NCBI GenBank assembly: GCA_964632485.1
Contig: CAZWDO010000018.1
Coordinates: 61,415 to 81,414, forward strand
Direction of reading: 5' to 3'
Origin: an uncultured bacterium
GTDB taxonomy: Bacteria > JAGOEH01
Length of the DNA: 20,000 nucleotides
A program made the translations under genes and the position numbers. The notes below the pieces were generated by a model. That model ran no database searches. It was not told the origin of the DNA and saw nothing but the letters and a program-made list of their open reading frames with translations. Below, piece after piece: positions 1 through 9,100 of the stretch; positions within the stretch are counted from its first letter, which is position 1; every line of letters begins with the position of its first letter.

Positions 1-474
1 GACGGCAGCGATGGAATAACGGTCGAACTCAACGCGCAAGCGCTTCATATTACTACGCAAACGCAAATAGAACGCGACCGCTATGATTCGTTCCAGATAT
101 TCGACCTAACTCACGGGGAAAGCCGTATCATCACAATCCATATCCCTCCCGATTCAAGCCCCGATACCAGCGTGGATGTGTGCCAAAACCAGATATTTCC
201 CCCCATCATCACCCCGAACGGAGATTGGCTGAATGACTCCCTTTATTTCAAACTTTGTCCCGATTCCCAGCCGCAAAAAATCGACATTTTTCATCCTTGG
301 GGATATCGGATACGTACACTTACTCAGCCAATCGAGGCTTACCCCTACCTGACCTATGTATGGGACGGAAAAAACGAGGAGCGTCGCGTGGTTCCCAGGG
401 GGAGTTATTATTTCTTCGTGTTCGACCAAACACAAACGATCATTCAAAAAGGAGCAATTACGGTATTTTATTGA
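1..474 (+). CDS. C-terminal part of a secreted/surface protein with a T9SS type-B sorting domain (gliding motility-associated C-terminal domain, CHU_C/TIGR04131-like); 5'-partial
   Basis: Frame 1 is open from base 1 to TGA 472-474. It ends in PPIITPNGDWLND...IDIFHPWG...WDGKNE...VPRGSYYF...KGAITVFY, matching the 'FTPNGDGxND...IFNRWG...WDG...GxYxY...KGxIxL' signature. Confidence 0.85.
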   Translation, partial: DGSDGITVELNAQALHITTQTQIERDRYDSFQIFDLTHGESRIITIHIPPDSSPDTSVDVCQNQIFPPIITPNGDWLNDSLYFKLCPDSQPQKIDIFHPWGYRIRTLTQPIEAYPYLTYVWDGKNEERRVVPRGSYYFFVFDQTQTIIQKGAITVFY

Positions 475-566
475 TTCAAATGACAATCGATGCCAGTCGT
501 ATAGCAATGCTATATTCGCGCAGCGAAGTTAACACCAAACACGTTCGGGTACTCCGAAAAAACCAA

Positions 567-2261
567 ATGATACCTGCTTTCAATAAACATATCCGCGCCC
601 TGCTATCGGCCTTGACGGCCGTACTGATCAGGAGCTGGGCGCTGAACTGCCTGTTGATCCTCACGCTTTTCTCACAGCCTGTAGCGCTCTTCGAATCCAA
701 CCCGGCCTCTATCATTCATCGCTTCCCCCCCTTCAGCCTCTATTTCCGTGAAACAATTCTAAGCCCGGACATTACCCCCTTCCATACCACGCAACTGGAA
801 TTAACCCATCGACACCAATTCGGCTTCATCGGCGCCGGCATTTCAATTCATCGCGCCGCCGCATTCCGTCAAAATCAATACTACCTGCAACTGGCAGGGC
901 GTCTCAGCGACCATTTCATCATCGGGCTGCAACCAATCCTGATGGACGACTATGTTGCCCCGGGCGACAATCCATCGATCAATCGCCTTGATCCCCTGCT
1001 CAATCGCCACTATCGCAATTTGGCCTGGGCCGGGGGATGGCTTTACTCCCATTCATGGTTGACAACCGGCATCCATTACCACCATCTCCCCCACGCCACC
1101 TATCCATATTCACACAAAGATTACCTGAGGATTCATCTGGCCGGTAAATTTCTCCACCATCATATAGAAGCCCTGATCGCCCTGGAACGGGGGTTCTATC
1201 CGCAACCTTCGGTGACGCCTTTTATCCAGGTCGGATACCATATCCATTCATTTCATTTAGCCGCCCAAATCAGGGACGACCAATTCACTTTTCATATCAC
1301 GACCTCAATCGGAACTCGTCAAATTTTTGGAATAGCCTATGATTATCTTGTCCCAATGCCGGGGGTGGGCAATTATTCCCTTGCCGGGCTGATTGCTTTG
1401 GGACAGGAGGGCCCGATCATCCGTCCCCGCCAATACCCAATCCGGGGCCGGATAGCAGTCTGCCCCCCACTCATCCATCGGTATCAAACCCGCATCATCC
1501 GCGCTCATTTGCGCGCGCCACTTTTTATCTTCTACGATTCCGCCTCCCTAGCAATCAGCGATCTGAATAAAGATCCGAGAACCCTCTTCCTTTTCGACGA
1601 ACACCCTCTATCCACTGAATTTTCCCAACTCGAACATTTAGCCCGACAAATGCGCGCCCAGAATTTTAAAATCGAACTGATCGGAAATACAATTCAGGAA
1701 CCCGCAGGAACAGGACTGGCCAGAGCCAATCGCTTAAAACAAAACTTGATCGACCAAGGAGTGGATGATTCCCTGATTGAGGTCACCGAAAAACGCATCG
1801 ATCCATCTTCTCTGAATTACCGGCTTCCCGAATGCATAGAGGAATACCGACGAGTGGAGATTCATTCGCTGGATAGCGCGCGTCAAGCGCCAATGGAAAG
1901 CATCGATTCAATCCTGACACGGGAAACCGCCATTGACCCAGCCGAACTTGACGTCGATTTGTTTGCCGTTTCAGACACATCGTGGTCGCAGATTCGCCTG
2001 GAAACCCTGTTCGACACTTTAGAGCTGCAAACCCCGGATTCCACTCTCCCGTTTAAACAGAAACTCATGCTGCCAGTATCGGAAGCGCAACTCGTTCACG
2101 ACTCTTTTACAGTGAAGTTTCTCATCCGCAATCGCGTCGATTCACTCTGGAGCGAAACCGCCTCCGTACCTGTTGTATGGACAGACAGCGAGCGAATTAT
2201 TCCGGATACCGTGGATATTTATCACCTATTGACCTATTCCTACGATCAGGGGGGATGCTAA
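567..2261 (+). CDS. PorP/SprF-like outer-membrane beta-barrel fused to a degenerate OmpA-like domain; continues through a frameshift into 2251-2574. Start uncertain (ATG 480/507/567, or CTG 642 after AGGAG 630-634)
   Basis: Hydrophobic signal-like segment (LNCLLILTLFSQ), an early NPA motif, alternating aromatic beta-strand pattern ending in FGIAYDY, then LFLFD...KIELIGNT...LARANRLKQNLIDQGV...YRRVEI (OmpA-like). It lies directly after a type-B CTD gene, as sprF/porP genes do. The ORF-track start at 255 overlaps the upstream gene and is not credible. Confidence 0.6.
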   Translation: MIPAFNKHIRALLSALTAVLIRSWALNCLLILTLFSQPVALFESNPASIIHRFPPFSLYFRETILSPDITPFHTTQLELTHRHQFGFIGAGISIHRAAAFRQNQYYLQLAGRLSDHFIIGLQPILMDDYVAPGDNPSINRLDPLLNRHYRNLAWAGGWLYSHSWLTTGIHYHHLPHATYPYSHKDYLRIHLAGKFLHHHIEALIALERGFYPQPSVTPFIQVGYHIHSFHLAAQIRDDQFTFHITTSIGTRQIFGIAYDYLVPMPGVGNYSLAGLIALGQEGPIIRPRQYPIRGRIAVCPPLIHRYQTRIIRAHLRAPLFIFYDSASLAISDLNKDPRTLFLFDEHPLSTEFSQLEHLARQMRAQNFKIELIGNTIQEPAGTGLARANRLKQNLIDQGVDDSLIEVTEKRIDPSSLNYRLPECIEEYRRVEIHSLDSARQAPMESIDSILTRETAIDPAELDVDLFAVSDTSWSQIRLETLFDTLELQTPDSTLPFKQKLMLPVSEAQLVHDSFTVKFLIRNRVDSLWSETASVPVVWTDSERIIPDTVDIYHLLTYSYDQGGC

Positions 2262-2574
2262 AATAGAGATCAATGCCACCCAGTTGACTCAAATCATCCA
2301 CATCCTGCAACGCGATCCATCGCTGCAGATTCGGATCGAAGGGCATACCTGTTCTCTCGGCGACTCGCTTTACAACCTCAACCTGGCCCGGGAACGAGCC
2401 GAAAGCATGAAACAATTGCTGATGGAACAGGGAATTCAAAGCGAACGAATTGGAATTCAAGCCTTCGGCGAACAACGCCCACTGGCGGACAACAGGTACC
2501 CACTGGGACGCATTTTAAACCGCCGCGTCCGTCTGGTATTGTACACGCCTACAGAGGGATCCTCACCGCGCTGA
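2251..2574 (+). CDS. OmpA-like C-terminal peptidoglycan-binding domain (frameshifted 3' part of the preceding gene)
   Basis: IRIEGHTCSLGDSLYNLNLARERAESMKQLL...GI...RI...AFGEQRPLADN...GRILNRRV is a canonical OmpA_C motif. Removing one G from the G6 run at 2249-2254 joins ...LTYSYDQG to DAKIEINATQLTQII..., restoring the N-terminal strand and helix of the domain. Confidence 0.85.
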   Translation, partial: GDAKIEINATQLTQIIHILQRDPSLQIRIEGHTCSLGDSLYNLNLARERAESMKQLLMEQGIQSERIGIQAFGEQRPLADNRYPLGRILNRRVRLVLYTPTEGSSPR

Positions 2575-2727
2575 ACCTCGAAAACTGATTTCACAACAAT
2601 ACATCACTAGGGTTACGGTCCAATCGCTGGGCCGGGCAGGACTGGGCCGGGCTGATCACGCGCAATCCGCCCAGCCAGACAGCTCTCCAAAGCCATATCC
2701 ATCCAGAATTCCGGGTCGCGCCACCGC

Positions 2728-2812
2728 CGTCATGCCGGACTTCGATTGCCAGCGCGGCTCGCGCCCGGCATCCAGTAATGAAAGATAGATTCCTGCTTGC
2801 GCAGGAATGACG
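2728..2812. repeat. REP/dRS3-like palindromic element (double hairpin with CGTCAT...ATGACG ends) between convergent genes
   Basis: Terminal inverted repeat CGTCAT (2728-2733)/ATGACG (2807-2812); stem 1 ATGCCGG (2732-2738)/CCGGCAT (2765-2771); stem 2 ATTCCTGC-TTGC-GCAGGAAT (2789-2808). It resembles the widespread GTCATGCCGG...CCGGCATCCAG...GATTCCYGC...GCRGGAATGAC repeats. Confidence 0.7.
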
Positions 2813-2867
2813 ACAAAAGCCCTGAATGACACAAAAAAGGCGTCGAAACGACAAAAATGAGGTATTG

Positions 2868-5800
2868 CTACTTTTCCCAGACTTTATAAACTGCTGGAAT
2901 AATAAAAAGGGTTAAAAAAGTAGTCACCAAAAGACCGCCTACCGAAACGACACCAATCGGAGCGCGGGCTTCTGAACCGGCGCCTGAGGCCCAGGCCAGA
3001 GGCAGCATTCCCAGAATAATCGCCAGAGTGGACATAATAATCGGACGTAATTTTACCGGACACGCCTCCAACAACGCTTCATCTACCTGCATTCCCCGAT
3101 TCCGCCGCAATTCGTTCGCATAATCCAGCAACAAAATAGCATTGTTCACCACAATTCCCACTAACATGATCATGGAAATCATTGACGTTACCGATAATGA
3201 TGTCCCGGTTATTAACAAAGAGGGCACAACCCCGATAAAAGAGAGCGGAATCGTCGCCATAATCATAATCGGTTGTTTGTAGGACTCCAAAAGAGCGCAC
3301 AACACCATAAAGGTTAGTATAACCGCCAACAACGCCGCTTTATAGATATCACTCAACGCATCCTGTAAAAGCTCCATATCTCCGGCAAAGGAAAAACGAT
3401 ATCCTGAAGGCAACGTCAACTCTTTTTCCAACCGGTTCCGCAACTCATGAATCGTTTGCCCCAGCGTACCTTTCGACACATTGGCTTTTATCTGGATTAG
3501 TTCATTACGATCCAGGCGCATAATTTTAGTAGGACCTGTACTATACTCTAAACGGGCGATATCTTTCACTCGTACAACGCCCTTAGGAGTTGCGATCGGG
3601 ATAGCGGCAATTTTTTCCGGATCATTGACTTGCTCGTTACAGAAGCTGACTTTAATGTCATATTCCCGGCCCTGTTCACGATACGTGGAAGCGACAATAC
3701 CCTCCACCCCCCCGCGGACCGCTACGGCTAAATGATAGACTGTTAAACCGTAATCCGCTAATTTATTGAGATCAGGGATAATTTTAATTTCCGGTTTACC
3801 GCTTTGATAATCCACGAACACATCGACACACCCGGACACCGTTTGCGTGATATTGGCGGCCTGGCGGCTCAGCGCATACAACGTATCCATATTACTTCCC
3901 GTTAATTGGAGCACGATCGCCGGCTCGTTCGGCCCGAAACTTTTCGGACTCAGCAAACTCAATTCCGCGCCCGGGATGGCAGCCAGACGGGACCGCAGAC
4001 GGTTGACCATCTCCCGTACGCTATAATCGCGCTGGCCTTTGGGTATCAAACGCAAACCTACCCGCGCATTATTTACACCCCTCGTCATATCATCATAAAC
4101 CCCCAACTGCGTAAATACTGAAATCACATCACCATACTCAGCCGCAATCTTCTCAATCTGTTCTACTAAACGCCCGGTTTGATCCAGATTCTGATGAAGC
4201 GGAAACTGAACGCGCGCTTCCAATTCTCCCTGATCCAGGGGCGGCAAAAACTCAAGTCCGGCCACCCGTACCAGGAATAAGCTGCCAACAAACAGCGCTA
4301 ATACACTTATAATATAAAAAAGCCGTTTCGGCCGCGACTGCAGCAATCCTTTCAGACGAAGGGCATACCATCTTTCCAATTTAGCGAATTGCCGATCAAA
4401 CCATATTCCAAACCGACCTTTCCGCTCAATCAATTCATTATTCAAGAGCTTTGCGCTCATCATAGGAGTTAATGTAAAGGATACAATTAATGAAAAAAGT
4501 GTCACAATAGTTACAGTTATGCCAAATTCAGAAAAAAACTGTCCAATCAGTCCTTTCATTAAAGCGATGGGCACAAACACCACAACATTAGTCAATGCCG
4601 AAGCCGCGACTGCCACCGCGATTTCGCCGGTCCCTTTTTCAGCCGCAAAACCCGGTTCTTTGCCCATTTTAAGATAGCGAATAATATTTTCCAAAACGAC
4701 AACGGTATTGGTAACTAATGTACCGACCGTAACCGAAAACCCTCCCAGAGTCAGCATATTGATGCTGAATCCGAATGCTTTCATAAAGGTAAACGACGCG
4801 ATATAGGAAATCGGCAAGACAATGGCGGCAATCAAGGTCGATCGCAGATTATGCAGAAATAGCAATAACACCAGCGCAGTCAATAAAACCCCACTCACAA
4901 TATTGGAAGTGGTATCAGAAACGGAAGCCTTAATAAAATCGGAACGATCGGTTATGATGTAAAGCCGACAGCCGGCCGGGAGTTCGGTTTTATTCACTAA
5001 TTCAATCGCTGTTAGTATTTTGGCCGAAGTTTCCATGGTATTCGATTTCGCTTGTTTCATCACAAAAAAACCAATGGAATTAGCATGGGAAAAAATTTGC
5101 GGATCAGCGACCCGATAATTCACATAATGGGCGCGAGTCGCGATTTTATCAAAACTATCATGAATACGAGCGATTTTCCCCAGTTTGACCGGCCCGAATT
5201 TTAACGAAACCAGCGTCAAGTTCTCTAACTTGCGATAATCATCCAACTTCCCGGTGACTCGTACCGTAAACTCATTATCTCCCTGTGGAAAAGCGCCGCC
5301 GGGAACATCTATATTGTTGGCTTTTATAAATTTGACAATATCTTCCATGGTAAATTCATAACGCTCCAATCGGCGGCGATCCAATTCTACCCGTATCAGT
5401 CGTTCTTGTCCACCCACCAGCTTTACACTGGCCACCCCACTAATCTGACTGAACCGATCTTTCAATTTTTCATTAGCTAAACGAAAAAGATCCTCGGTTG
5501 GATTCGGTCCGCAAAGGGCCAATTCCATAATTGGTTTATCATTGATATCATATTTCAAAACTGTTGGCTCTTTGGCAGTTTGGGGAAATTTATAGCGAAT
5601 GGCGTCAATCTTATCTTTAACATCCTGAGCAACAACGTTAATATCATGCCCCATTTCGAACTGAATTAGAACAACCGAAGCGTTTTCCAATGAATAGGAG
5701 CGCACTTTTTTAATACCTGCCAAGGCGCTGACCTCATCTTCGATTGGACGTGTCAGACTATTTTTCACCTCTTCGGGATTGGCCCCCGGGTAGATGGTTG

Positions 5801-5942
5801 TGACCGTTACAACAGGAATATCAACTTGGGGGAAAAGGTCAATGGGAATATCAAGAAAAGCAAATATTCCCAACGCTACCAGGATGGCAATCACCATAGT
5901 CATCATAATGGGCCGTTTAATTGAAAGTTCAACAAGTTTCAT
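2868..5942 (-). CDS. RND efflux transporter permease subunit (AcrB/AcrD/AcrF family)
   Basis: 1024 aa; N-terminus SIKRPI...IPIDLFPQVDIPVVTVTTIYPGANPEEV; two periplasmic loops and about 12 TM segments; C-terminal KLRPIIMST...GMLPLA...GGLLVTTFLTLFIIP; RBS AAGGAGG. Confidence 0.97.
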   Translation of the reverse strand: MKLVELSIKRPIMMTMVIAILVALGIFAFLDIPIDLFPQVDIPVVTVTTIYPGANPEEVKNSLTRPIEDEVSALAGIKKVRSYSLENASVVLIQFEMGHDINVVAQDVKDKIDAIRYKFPQTAKEPTVLKYDINDKPIMELALCGPNPTEDLFRLANEKLKDRFSQISGVASVKLVGGQERLIRVELDRRRLERYEFTMEDIVKFIKANNIDVPGGAFPQGDNEFTVRVTGKLDDYRKLENLTLVSLKFGPVKLGKIARIHDSFDKIATRAHYVNYRVADPQIFSHANSIGFFVMKQAKSNTMETSAKILTAIELVNKTELPAGCRLYIITDRSDFIKASVSDTTSNIVSGVLLTALVLLLFLHNLRSTLIAAIVLPISYIASFTFMKAFGFSINMLTLGGFSVTVGTLVTNTVVVLENIIRYLKMGKEPGFAAEKGTGEIAVAVAASALTNVVVFVPIALMKGLIGQFFSEFGITVTIVTLFSLIVSFTLTPMMSAKLLNNELIERKGRFGIWFDRQFAKLERWYALRLKGLLQSRPKRLFYIISVLALFVGSLFLVRVAGLEFLPPLDQGELEARVQFPLHQNLDQTGRLVEQIEKIAAEYGDVISVFTQLGVYDDMTRGVNNARVGLRLIPKGQRDYSVREMVNRLRSRLAAIPGAELSLLSPKSFGPNEPAIVLQLTGSNMDTLYALSRQAANITQTVSGCVDVFVDYQSGKPEIKIIPDLNKLADYGLTVYHLAVAVRGGVEGIVASTYREQGREYDIKVSFCNEQVNDPEKIAAIPIATPKGVVRVKDIARLEYSTGPTKIMRLDRNELIQIKANVSKGTLGQTIHELRNRLEKELTLPSGYRFSFAGDMELLQDALSDIYKAALLAVILTFMVLCALLESYKQPIMIMATIPLSFIGVVPSLLITGTSLSVTSMISMIMLVGIVVNNAILLLDYANELRRNRGMQVDEALLEACPVKLRPIIMSTLAIILGMLPLAWASGAGSEARAPIGVVSVGGLLVTTFLTLFIIPAVYKVWEK

Positions 5943-5953
5943 CGCTGCCCTCC

Positions 5954-6988
5954 TTAATGCTTTTCCGGATTGATGATTTTCACTTTGACCCCATCACTCA
6001 AACTCCGGTTACCCATCAGGGCAATCAGCAATCCTTCGTCCAAAGAGTTCAGAATTTCCACCTGATCAACCGTCTCAAGGCCCAAGTTGACGAGAAGACG
6101 ACGCGCCGTTTGCTGTTCGATCGCATAGATCACATACTGGTTCTGCCCTTCGGATACGAGCGCAAAACGGGGAAGAGTCAGCGCATTTTCTTTAATGCAA
6201 ACGGATAAACGACAATCCAGATATGAACCGGGACGCATGCGATGATCGGGATTCGGCGCGATTACTTCGACGGAAAACTGCCGATTCATAGCGCCCGCAG
6301 ACAAAGCCACTTTACTCACCGTGCCATTAAATTCTTCATTTGATCCCAACTTCACACTATCTCCAATGCGAATATACTGAATATCATCATTGTCCACATT
6401 CAATTTTACAATCACCGTATCAATCATCGATATTCTTATCAAAGGCAACAAGGGCATAGGGGTTTCCCCTTCCCGGATAGTGACATCAGTCACCACACCC
6501 GCCAGAGGCGCCGTGAGTTTCAGGGCATTGCGGGCCGCAATAAAATCCGCGTCAGCCGCCTCAAATTTTGCCCGGACTTCATCTAATTTTTGCTCGGCCA
6601 TACCCCCGCTATTATAAACATTTTTAACGCGGTCATAGGTTTTCGCCAACAGGTCCCGGGCAGTTTTTGCCTGATTATAGCGCGCCAACGGATTCGTAGT
6701 ATCCATGATTAATAGGATCTGATTTTTACGAACACTATCTCCCGTTTTCACGAATACACGTTCCACATTATCGGTCAGTATGGTTTTAACATCACCCTGG
6801 CGGATACCTTCCACAACGCCGGAATAATAAAAATCCCGCTTCAAGGCCTGTCTCTCCAGAGTAACGGTTGTAACAGGATACCCTTCCTCCCGTTGAATCT
6901 CAATAATACTCCGGGTATCCTCCTGATCGTTCCGGCATGAGCTTAGCGACATTAAAATAATTATTGCGCCTGCTATAGATTTAAACAT
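5954..6988 (-). CDS. RND efflux periplasmic adaptor (membrane fusion protein), predicted lipoprotein
   Basis: Lipobox LSSC; lipoyl halves VFVKTGDSVRKNQIL and LTAPLAGVV; helical hairpin; NPDHRMRPGSY; lies between tolC and the RND gene. Confidence 0.95.
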   Translation of the reverse strand: MFKSIAGAIIILMSLSSCRNDQEDTRSIIEIQREEGYPVTTVTLERQALKRDFYYSGVVEGIRQGDVKTILTDNVERVFVKTGDSVRKNQILLIMDTTNPLARYNQAKTARDLLAKTYDRVKNVYNSGGMAEQKLDEVRAKFEAADADFIAARNALKLTAPLAGVVTDVTIREGETPMPLLPLIRISMIDTVIVKLNVDNDDIQYIRIGDSVKLGSNEEFNGTVSKVALSAGAMNRQFSVEVIAPNPDHRMRPGSYLDCRLSVCIKENALTLPRFALVSEGQNQYVIYAIEQQTARRLLVNLGLETVDQVEILNSLDEGLLIALMGNRSLSDGVKVKIINPEKH

Positions 6989-6989
6989 A

Positions 6990-8411
6990 TTAGAAATCTC
7001 CTATCACTTTTTTTAGTTCCAAGTCAGCCAGAATCGTCTCAAAAAGCGCATAATTCCAATGGAGACGGGCGGCTTGCAAATCCAATTGAGCATCGAGAAC
7101 ATCCACTTGCCTGGCTTCTCCGTTACGATAACTCGTTTCGGCGATTTCAAGCGATTTTTCCGCTAATTCACCTGCCTCTTTCTGCAATGCTACGTTTTCC
7201 CGCGCATGTCGAACCCGGTTGCCGGCGTTTTTAATCTGCAGATAAATATAATCCTTCAATTGGGCTGATTGATGCATCACTTTTTCTCGATCCGCGCGGG
7301 CCTGACAAACTTTACCACTATGCTCGCCAAAACTGAACAGATTCCACCGCGCGACCACGCCAACCGTAAAAATCGTGTTGATATCATCCCCCTTGATCTG
7401 GTAATCGTCTTTCAAACCCAAATACGTATAGGATGCTAATGCGGCGATATCCGGCAGATAATCCCCATAGGCTTTTTTTACCATAAACGAAGCCGCTTCA
7501 CCTACCGACTGCAAGGCCAACATTTCCTCCCGCTTCTGCAAGGCTTGGGAATAAAGCGCATCGACATCGACCGTATCCGGCAATTCCACTACATTAAAAT
7601 TCGCATTGAGTTCCAGATTTTCATTTTGTTCCCTGCCAAGGAGCATTTTCATTTTACCATAAATCAAATCACGATTTCTTTGCGCCTCGATCCAATCCGG
7701 AGTTAGTTTTTGAATATGCACCCGAGCCTTGAGCAGCTCCCACTCAGACGCCAGTCCCTGACGGCGCATATTTTCAATAATCGCCAAATGCGCGGACCCG
7801 GTCTGTACGGTTTCCGCATGAACCTGCACTAATTGGTCGGCTAATAAGCACTGATAATATGTTTGCGTTACTTCGAAACTCAAATCCGATAAAACCAGGC
7901 GATAGCGATGCAACGCCGCTTGACGCGCCTCCTCCACCGCCCGAAAACCATTCGTAAGCTTGAAACCGGTAAATATCGGCTGAGTTAATTGTAGCGAGGC
8001 ATGAAATTCACCCAAGCGATCCGGCAATCCGCCAGGCAAATCAAGTCCGCCAATTAATTCCTGTATCTTCTGCCCCAAATAGGCCTTCATCCCCGGATCC
8101 GTTACGGAACCTAAAAAAATCTGGCTCATGGCTTCCGGTAAAAGCTTCAAATCTTCATACTTTCGATCTAATTCCGGCGCTAAATCCAATGAATTTCTCG
8201 TATAACTGCCGCTGAAATCCAAAGTCGGAAAAAAATGAGAACGAGTTTCCCGTTTTTTGCCTTCCCATTTATCCACTTCCAACTGAGCAATTTGAATTTC
8301 CCGGTTATGCTGCAACGCCAGTTGCCGGCAATTTTCCAGATCCAAGGAATGACCTTCCAGCGCGCAATACCCAAAAACAATAAATAAGAAAAAAATTGGC
8401 CGACAATTCAT
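6990..8411 (-). CDS. TolC-family outer membrane efflux protein
   Basis: Start ATG 8411 (MNCRPIFF) overlaps the tetR stop as ATGA; signal peptide; OEP repeats (LALQHN, LQLTQPIFTGF, VTQTYY, YRNGEARQVDVLDAQ). Confidence 0.95.
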   Translation of the reverse strand: MNCRPIFFLFIVFGYCALEGHSLDLENCRQLALQHNREIQIAQLEVDKWEGKKRETRSHFFPTLDFSGSYTRNSLDLAPELDRKYEDLKLLPEAMSQIFLGSVTDPGMKAYLGQKIQELIGGLDLPGGLPDRLGEFHASLQLTQPIFTGFKLTNGFRAVEEARQAALHRYRLVLSDLSFEVTQTYYQCLLADQLVQVHAETVQTGSAHLAIIENMRRQGLASEWELLKARVHIQKLTPDWIEAQRNRDLIYGKMKMLLGREQNENLELNANFNVVELPDTVDVDALYSQALQKREEMLALQSVGEAASFMVKKAYGDYLPDIAALASYTYLGLKDDYQIKGDDINTIFTVGVVARWNLFSFGEHSGKVCQARADREKVMHQSAQLKDYIYLQIKNAGNRVRHARENVALQKEAGELAEKSLEIAETSYRNGEARQVDVLDAQLDLQAARLHWNYALFETILADLELKKVIGDF

Positions 8412-9013
8412 AACGCAAACTCCTCTCGGATCCATCCCTGACTGACAAGAGTCCACACCGACTGATAGATATCTTCGATACTTCCGCCTTGTTGCCGGGA
8501 TTGACTGAACAACAGAAACATCAGCATCCCGTCCAAAGCCCCGATAATAATCCCCGGTTCCACGGAACTTAAAGCATGACCATCTATCGCCCGTTGTATG
8601 GGACCGGCTAATACCGGGTAATACTTCTTCTGCATGCTCTCAACAATCTTTATAACATCTTCAACAACTCCCGCCGATGACAGGAAAAACAACCGGAAGG
8701 AATGCCGCTCAGCAGTAAAATAGGTCAGGAACCGACGGATCCAAATCGAAAAATATTCGCTAAGAGTTTTAGCGCTTGCTAACTGTTCTACTAAGAACCT
8801 GAAAAATTTGTCGATTTCATATTCCACGGTTTTTAAATAAAGATCATGCTTATTGCGAAAATAACGGTAAATCGTCCCTTTACCCACTCCGGCCTCACGG
8901 GCAATATGCTCCAACTCGGTCTTATAAAATCCGATTGTGGAAAATTGAGTCAGAGAAGCCTGGAGTATTTTCTCCCGGCGTTCCTGCTGCAATTCTGTTA
9001 AATCTCCAATCAT
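8408..9013 (-). CDS. TetR/AcrR family transcriptional regulator
   Basis: HTH RREKILQASLTQFSTIGFYKTELEHIAREAGVGKGTIYRYFRNKHDLY; RBS AAGGAGGAG; first gene of the efflux operon. Confidence 0.97.
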   Translation of the reverse strand: MIGDLTELQQERREKILQASLTQFSTIGFYKTELEHIAREAGVGKGTIYRYFRNKHDLYLKTVEYEIDKFFRFLVEQLASAKTLSEYFSIWIRRFLTYFTAERHSFRLFFLSSAGVVEDVIKIVESMQKKYYPVLAGPIQRAIDGHALSSVEPGIIIGALDGMLMFLLFSQSRQQGGSIEDIYQSVWTLVSQGWIREEFAL

Positions 9014-9054
9014 GGGCTCCTCCTTTTTAGAACTAATTAGAATTGTTTTTCGGT

Positions 9055-9068
9055 ACTGACTGGTCAGT
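9055..9068. promoter_or_regulatory. Putative TetR operator (ACTGAC-TG-GTCAGT)
   Basis: Perfect 6-bp inverted repeat with a 2-bp spacer, overlapping the predicted transcription start of the tetR operon. Confidence 0.7.
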
Positions 9069-9071
9069 TCT

Positions 9072-9100
9072 AATATATAAAACTAATCAGTATTTTGCAA
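9072..9100 (-). promoter_or_regulatory. Putative sigma70 promoter of the tetR-tolC-MFP-RND operon
   Basis: Minus strand TTGCAA (9100-9095), 17 bp spacer, TATATT (9077-9072), preceded by a long A-tract (9130-9105) in UP-element position. Confidence 0.65.

Noticed and set aside
255-479. 5' extension of the 668-aa ORF
   Set aside because: Overlaps the type-B CTD gene in another frame and reads as non-protein-like; the real start is at 480 or later.
2627-2652. Direct repeat CTGGGCCGGGC x2
   Set aside because: Only two 11-bp copies 4 bp apart; not a CRISPR or tandem array.
2591-2854. 87-aa minus-strand ORF downstream of the RND gene
   Set aside because: No family motif; it runs across the palindromic repeat element and is likely spurious.
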